NCBI GenBank assembly: GCA_043228905.1
Contig: JBHGNT010000001.1
Span: 11,284,001 to 11,348,000, forward strand
Source: Azolla caroliniana
Taxonomy: Eukaryota; Plantae; Polypodiophyta
Length of the DNA stretch: 64,000 bases
Direction: 5' to 3'
Shown here: one piece after another, positions 57,090 to 64,000 of the stretch
How the letters are laid out: each line of letters opens with the position of its first letter
Position numbering within the stretch: the first letter of the stretch is position 1
Notes under the pieces: generated by a model
Seen by the model: the letters and a program-made list of their open reading frames with translations, nothing else
Databases searched by the model: none
Told to the model about the DNA's origin: nothing
Position numbers and translations under genes: made by a program

Positions 57090-60000
57090 ACCGACGCCAA
57101 CATCACAGTCTAACTAGGCAACAGGCAGGAGTGCAAAATCGCAGGGACCGGAGAAGTTCCTATCTGATTGCCCGATGGCAACATGATCACCCTGCTCCGA
57201 GTTCGGCACATACTTAATCTGAAAAGGAGTTTGGTCTCCATCGGCATGCTAGCCGAACACGGGTACAAAACGACTCTAGGTGAGTCAATATGGATGATCA
57301 GTCGAGGAAACCTAAAGATAGGAGGCGGGCACAAGTACAATAACTTGTACCCAATGATGGAGATCAATCCAAAATGGGTCGTGAACGTAGCCGGAAAGAC
57401 CAACCCAAACCTATGGCATGGTAGATTTGGCCATATGTCTCAAGCCAAACTTGATCGACCGATGGCGGTCGGCTACATCTCGAAACTCCAAGCAAAGAAG
57501 GACTTCTGCGAGCATGTCGATACGAGAAATAGACTCGAAGTCTGCACGTTCTTCAGTACGAGATGGTTCGACAACCCCTAGAGCTCGTGCACAGAGATAT
57601 ATGTGGGCCCATGCTAGAGCGATCACTAGGAGGCTCTCGGTACTTAGGTCCAAAGATGAAGTGCTCGAGGTCTTCACTCAGTGGATATCTGAAGTGGAGA
57701 ATCGATCGGGATACAGAGTGAAGATACTCAGATCTGACAACGAAGGAGAATATACCTCCAGAGCCTTCAAGAAGTACCTTTTCATCAAAGGGATCCAACA
57801 TCAAAAGACCGCTCCCTACACACCCATGCAGAATGGAGTGGCAGAATGGATCAACCGAACGATCCATGAGAGAGTGACGGCAATACTCCAACAAGTTGGA
57901 CTGAAGCTGGAGTTCTGGGCTGAGGCATTGCAGACAACAATATACTTGGTAAATCTATCACCGACGAAGGAAATCAGGCTCAAAGGGCCACAGGCACTAT
58001 CGTCAGGCAAACAACCGACCTACATTAGGCTCCGTGCATTTGGATGTGAAGCCTACGTGTTCATCCCCAGGGAGAAAAGGACCAAGTTGGCACCCCATGC
58101 GACGAAATGCATATTTCTTGGTTATGGAACCGATGGGGACTTTGGCTACCGGCTATGGGACCCTGAGAACCGGAAACTGATCCGGAGCAGTGACGTAGTC
58201 TTCAATGAAGGCTCTATCTTCTCTCAATAGAACCAACAAAAAATAGTTGGTAAAAAGGTATCCTTCAAAGATGACAACGACGTCATAGAAGGACCGACCC
58301 ATCGGGCTGACTTAGAGATTCGACAAACAGTCGAACTCGACCAAGCTGACAACATACCTATTGACTTCGAATTGGTAGGAAGTCCACTAGTCGAATTCGA
58401 AGACAAAGCCATCAAAGACAGAGCCGATTCGACAAGAGTCGAAGAAGGCAAAGTCAACAAGATGCTAGTAGGAAACAAAACCAAGTCGATAAAGTCCATA
58501 GGGGAGGACAACGTGACACCACCGAAATCCCAACTTGGGGGTGGGTCACCTAACAAGACTCCTAACACAAATGGTTCAACAAATACCGATCGCCCAACAG
58601 AGCTGATCAAAAAATCCGAACCACTTATCTTCGCACCCAGGAGATCTGGACGAGCTCGAAGACCAACAAAGTTTTTTCAATCAGGCCTCGACTATGTTAA
58701 CTACACCGATGCAAACAAACCAAGCAGTTATGAAGAAGCTATGGCTGCAACGGATGCCGATACATGGCTAAAATCCATGAAATCCGAAATGGACTCTATT
58801 CACAAGAATGAGACATGGGAGCAAGTCGAACTACCAATAGGAAGAAAGACGCTACCTTGCAAATGGGTTTTCCGATACAAATATGTATCTGACTCAGAGA
58901 AACCCAAGTACAAACCTCGGCTTGTCAAGAAAGGGTTGAAACAAGAACATGGGGTTGACTACGACGAGATATTCTCACCACTAGTCAAGATGACGACCCT
59001 CCAACTCTTACTAGGAGTCGTGGCGATAGAAGAACTAGTGTTAGAGCACCTAGATGTAAAGAAGGCATTCCTACACGGAGATATGGAAGAAGACATCTAC
59101 ATGTCTCAACTAGCAGGCTTCATGGCGACGCGGGCATAAAGTCACCTCGTATGTCGACTAAAGAAAAGCCTCTATGGCTTGAAAGAAGCGCTGAGGATGT
59201 GGTACCAAAAATTTGAATCCTACATCAGGCAACTTGGATACAGCCGATCCGAGTTCGAATCATGCATGTATATTTGGCAACTGGCCGACCAGTCTAGGAT
59301 TTATTTGATTCTATATGTCAACGACATGTTGATTGCAAGAAGCAATCAAGAAGAGATCGGAAAGTTGAAGTGGAGCCTTCACGACAAGTTCGCGATGAAG
59401 GAACTCGGACAAGTCCGTCACATACTGGGCATGAGGATCGAGCGAAATTGTACGACCAAGACTCTTCGACTCTCCCAGTTCGACTATTTCTGGAAGGTGT
59501 TGAGGTGCTTCAACATGCAGAATGTGAAGCCAACACCAACACCGCTTCCAACATTGATCCGACTATCGGACAGACACTCTCTTCAACTGACAAGAAGAGA
59601 GAGCTTAATGGAAAGATGTCATACGTATTAGCCGTAGGGAGTATCATGTACGCAATGGTGGCGACCTGACCTGACCTAGCCTATGTCGTAGGGGTGTTCA
59701 GTCGGTACATGTCAAATCTAGGACGAAAGCATTGGGAGGCCGTCAAGCACATCTTCAGGTACCTGAGAGGGACCGAAGATACACAACTGACTTTCAGTTT
59801 GACAACCTCATCCGAAGGCGAAGGCTACACTGACTCCGACTAAGCCAGAAATACGGACAATCAGAAGTCAACATCGAGCTATATTTTGACCTATGGTGGC
59901 GGTGTGATATCATGGAGGTTGAAGCTTCAGGAATGCGTGGCATTGTCAACCATAGAGGCCGAGTACATAGCAACATCGGAGGCAGCGAAGGAAGCGATTT

Positions 60001-61262
60001 GGCTACACCGACCGTGTGCTACCTTCTCAACTACAAGCCAAATCGACCAACCAGCGCCGACCATCTATTGCGACTCACAGAGCGCAATTCACCTCATTAA
60101 CAATCCCGTCTATCATGGAAAGATGAATCGCATTGAGGTACGATATCATCACATCCCGGAGCTCATGACTTAGAAGAGGCTCAAAGTTCGGAAGATCGAC
60201 ACTGAGGTGAACATCGTCGATTGCGTGACCAAGCCACTCCCAGATCAATGCTTCAGAGCACTAAGGACAAAGATGGGACTACGACAAGCGACCGAGCAGA
60301 AGAAAGCCAAACGAGGAGCAGAAGCTAAGAGTCAATCGAATCAATCATGATAATGAGCCATGCCAGGCTCGACACGGACCTCACCTTTGCCGACTTGACT
60401 ATATGCTGATCAACTTATAACATAACTTCATATTAGTGTTGTAATCTAGGTTTACCGGGGAGACAACCCCAAACACATGTACATGTATGAAAGAGTAGTC
60501 CTTTTACGGGTGAGTTTGTTGGCATAAAAGGTTGACTCCTTCCACTTTGTACCCTAGTGTGAACTCGCCCATATAGTTAGGGCTTAGTATATAAGCGATA
60601 ACCTAACGTTGTAAAGAGGGGGATTTTTTGCTTGATTATTCTTGTACAGAGTCTCTGAGAGAGAGGAGAGAGAAAGAGAGAGAACAGAAATAAAGAATGC
60701 TTCCATTAAAACTTCATCTGTTTATCTAACATCTGTCTATATCTTCTTGCCCTCCTTTTGTGTTCTTTCCTGAGCATAACTGACAAGTCCTCACATACAT
60801 TTCTGTGCCTATCGGTCCATTAGTGAGCACACGAAATGCAACGAGACTTCGGTCGCGAAAACCAGTTGTTGTTCGAGATACAGAGCGAAAAGAAGTACTC
60901 CCTTCAACTTTCGTAGATATGCTTTGTCTCCATGTTGACCATCAAATATAAAAACATTGCCGATTCAATGGAGCAAAGATACAAATTAGCAAGTACTAGA
61001 AGCAACTTACCCTAGTGGTAAATCATTACACTACAAGCATTATGCCTTGGGTTCGAGACCCAGCTGTTCCTTATTTTCCCTAGGGTTTTCTACTTTGGTC
61101 TTCTTCACCCTATTTCTCTTTAGGGTTTTGTTGGGGTCTTCTTCCTCATCGTCGTATGGATTGAGTCTTTACATCAGTCAAGGGTTTAGTTCGGTAAAGA
61201 GCTCATATGTCCTAGGGGGTTTCGCTTCTGCTCTGTCTCCTATGCAATACCTTGGTCGGCGT

Positions 61263-63052
61263 TGTTGTGAAGTTATTGCTTCACGATGTCAAAACAATGT
61301 GAAAAATCTATAGCGGGAAATTTTCTATATGGAGCTTGTGACGAGGAGCATGTGCAAATTTTCTACAAGCTTCGGAAGGATTAATGTTACTCGGGACACA
61401 AATGTAATTATGTCAAAAGGGGGAGTCAAAATTAAATGAGGGTTATTTCTATAAATTTTCAAATGTACAACTACAAAATTGAATTTGTAGAATCAATAAA
61501 TATAAATAATAGTAAATATAAATAAATAAATAATAATAATATATAAATAAATACCAACCGCCTACATGAGGCGGTTTGTCAACCGCCTCAAGAGGGTGGT
61601 AGGGCGGTTGACCACCCTATATAAGCCATGCCCATGGTGGCTAAAGAGGGGGGAAGAAGGAGAAGGGGAAGAAGAAGAAGAGGAAGGAAAAGCGAGTGAA
61701 GAAGCTCGTGTGGGTGTGGGATGTAGAGCTCACCAAAGAAGATGGTGGCCTGAATAAATCATTTAAAGAAGAGTTAAAGAAAAGAAGGAAAATACAAGAA
61801 AAGGAAGAAGTTGAAGTGGTGTATCTTAGATGCCTCTTTGTAAACAAAAGGTTGAAAGTTTGAATCCTTTTAGAACAACTTCTTTTGGTAATCAAATTTT
61901 GTAATATAAATATTCTATATATAAAGTGAAAGACAAAGACAAATAAATAGAAACCAAAGAGATTGAAGTGGTCTATCTCAAACGCTTATACTCAAATAGA
62001 GTTCATGAGTTCAAGTCTTGCGAAGTAACTTTTGGCAAATAAATATTGTAAGTGGTTGTTTTACAAATAAAATTCTTTTCGCGACAACGTCGCATCTATC
62101 TTGCCTTCTCGGCTTCTTGTCATTGCACCATTTGTGATTAAATCTTGTCACCCCGATCATCCCCGAGTCACAGAATCCCAATATTTGCGACACACAACCA
62201 CAATCTTCTCGACACAAATTTGGTGAACCCGACGTGAAGTGTCGCTAACAAGGGGAGTTTCAGAGTTGAAATTTTCAAATAGAAGGGCAGAAAATCAAAG
62301 AAAATGGCGGATAAAGGTGCCAACACAGACATGGCAAATAAGGGCTTCAATGCAGAGATAGCAAGTTTCATGATGACGATGATAAATCCGATGCTTCAAG
62401 TGCAAAGTGCAATGAACCGGATGGAAAGTGAGTTAACGCTTGCCATACGAATGGTTATCGAAAGGATAAGGAAATTTAATGGCAAGGACGTCACTCGGTT
62501 CCTTGAGGTCTACAAATACGAGATGGCCAGTAGAGGGGCAACCGGGGTACAAATGGTGTCACATATCAACCGGGTTTGCACACTTGATGTCCAACTGAGG
62601 GTAACGGAATTATCAGAGAAATTCTGTAAAGATTGGGCCAGGTTCCATCAAGCATTGCTTGATGAATATATGTTAGACGACCGGACCAGAATGTCAAAGA
62701 AAAGCTTTCTCGAATGGACCGAGAAAGGAGGTAAAGGACTCTCAATTTCAGAATTGTTGACAGAGTTTGAGAAAAGATATAATGAGTTCTCAGTGAAAGC
62801 CCGAGAACTATTACAGTTAGAAAAGGTGGATTTATTCGTCCGAGCGGCAAATAAATCTTTTAGAAAAGATATCACCATCCTTCTAGAAGACCGGACAAGC
62901 ACAACCGGTTTGGTGTCCGATTGGGCGGAAGTACTCGAGTCTTGTCGAGTATTAAGAAGGAGGGTGCTAAGGATGGAGGATGGCTATGACAATAGAACAA
63001 AGACAACAGCCAGAGAACATCCAAAACAAGAATCAGGAACTCAAACGGATGT
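61263..63052 (+). mobile_element. Ty3/gypsy element with tRNA-Trp PBS: 5' LTR and gag N-terminus
   Basis: LTR about 61263-62214 (TGTTGTGAAG...CTTCTCGACA); PBS TGGTGAACCCGACGTGAA at 62221-62238; gag ATG at 62304 (FNGKDVTRFL..Y), interrupted at 63052. Confidence 0.82.
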
Positions 63053-64000
63053 TGTTAGGAATAGTGTTGAGACAGAGAAGAAATTAGTACTAAGAGAGAA
63101 ATATTACTACTAAGAGGAATAGAGGGTGTAGAACACTCGAGAGAAGGAGGGAGGGAGAGAGAGAGAGAGAGAGAGAGAGTGAGTGAGTGAGAGATCGAGG
63201 GAGAGAAAATGATGATAACAAAAGATATATATTATGTTAAGACAATATAAAATAGTAGCTATGAGGCTTAAGACTGGCGTTGAATTGATTTGGTTCGAAA
63301 TAATTCCTTGTGCATCCTTTTATAGTGTTCTCAGGAGTAGTCCCGAAGCTTCTAGAATGTTCCAGAGAAATATGGAATAAACATTAATTTTCTATAGTAA
63401 AATTTAAATAAAAATAATATTTTACGTATTACAATAGATAGTGCAATGGTCAAGAGCTTGACCCATGTGACATGAGGTCATGGATTTGAGTCTTGTCATA
63501 TCATGACACTATCCCCCCTTTAAAACAACGAGTGTCACAAGTCGTTTTGGATTGCCGTTTAGCTCGTTGGGACTATATCCTAGCTAATCGACTAAATAGT
63601 AGAGCTTGTTGCGAACAATCTTGGAATCAAGGATGGCCGCAACCTCGTACTCAGGTCCATCTTCAAGTTCGATCGAGGGTGGAGGTTGTGGAATATGTCC
63701 TGGGATGGTGTTGTCTTGATAGGGTTCGAGGAGAGAACTATGAAACACCAGATGTATGCGAAGTTGCGAGGGTAGATCGAGACGAAAAGCGACATCATTA
63801 ATCTTTCCGATAATACAGAAAGGACCTAATCGCCGATAATCCAACTTCTCACATGGGTTAGTAGTCTTCATGTGTCGTCGTAGTAGCCATACTTGATCTC
63901 CAATGTTAAAACCAGATGGAAGCCGATGAAGATCCGCGTAAACCTTGTGTGTTTGTTGAGCTTGCTATAGATGAGTAGATAAATCTGTTTGTATCTTGCA
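63053..64000 (-). mobile_element. Second Tcn1-like chromovirus copy: INT C-terminus, broken chromodomain, PPT and 3' LTR
   Basis: LTR 63053-63508 is a diverged reverse complement of 34233-34664; KLDYRRLGPF and EYEVAAILDS are present. Runs off the window. Confidence 0.93.

Larger units (their letters stand above)
51477..60822 (+). mobile_element. Old Ty1/copia element E, host of copia B
   Basis: LTRs at 51477-51800 and 60517-60822; TSD GTGAG (51472-51476 / 60823-60827); PBS 51803-51813; gag ATG at 51898. Decayed PR-INT-RT-RH at about 57090-60290. Confidence 0.92.

Overview
Land-plant nuclear DNA, probably from a seed-free plant such as a fern (inferred from the retroelement types and the TTTAGGG repeat; not provable here). 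A two-gene island sits between nested LTR retrotransposons: a multi-exon PH + FFAT-like + ORD oxysterol-binding protein gene (+, 10454-17319) and a convergent WRKY19-like CCCH/HGGG-repeat gene (-, 19787-21940). The elements are two young sister Ty1/copia copies (A 2150-7617, B 51906-57064), three older copia elements (C, D, E), two copies of a Tcn1-like chromovirus, a second decayed chromovirus, a tRNA-Trp-primed gypsy with two related solo LTRs, and gypsy/LINE debris. Main observations: (1) LTRs of two different gypsy groups carry tRNA-like Pol III A-box/B-box modules at tRNA spacing, mostly antisense in U3, and in the solo LTRs these lie beside an RY-array + E2F + TATA cassette; (2) the chromovirus has a Tf1-type self-priming PBS; (3) a deletion is sealed with (TTTAGGG)3; (4) at least five further deletion junctions carry filler, one matching a site 18 kb away; (5) the copia A/B family is strongly and specifically CCGG-rich. 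All coordinates and counts were read by eye.
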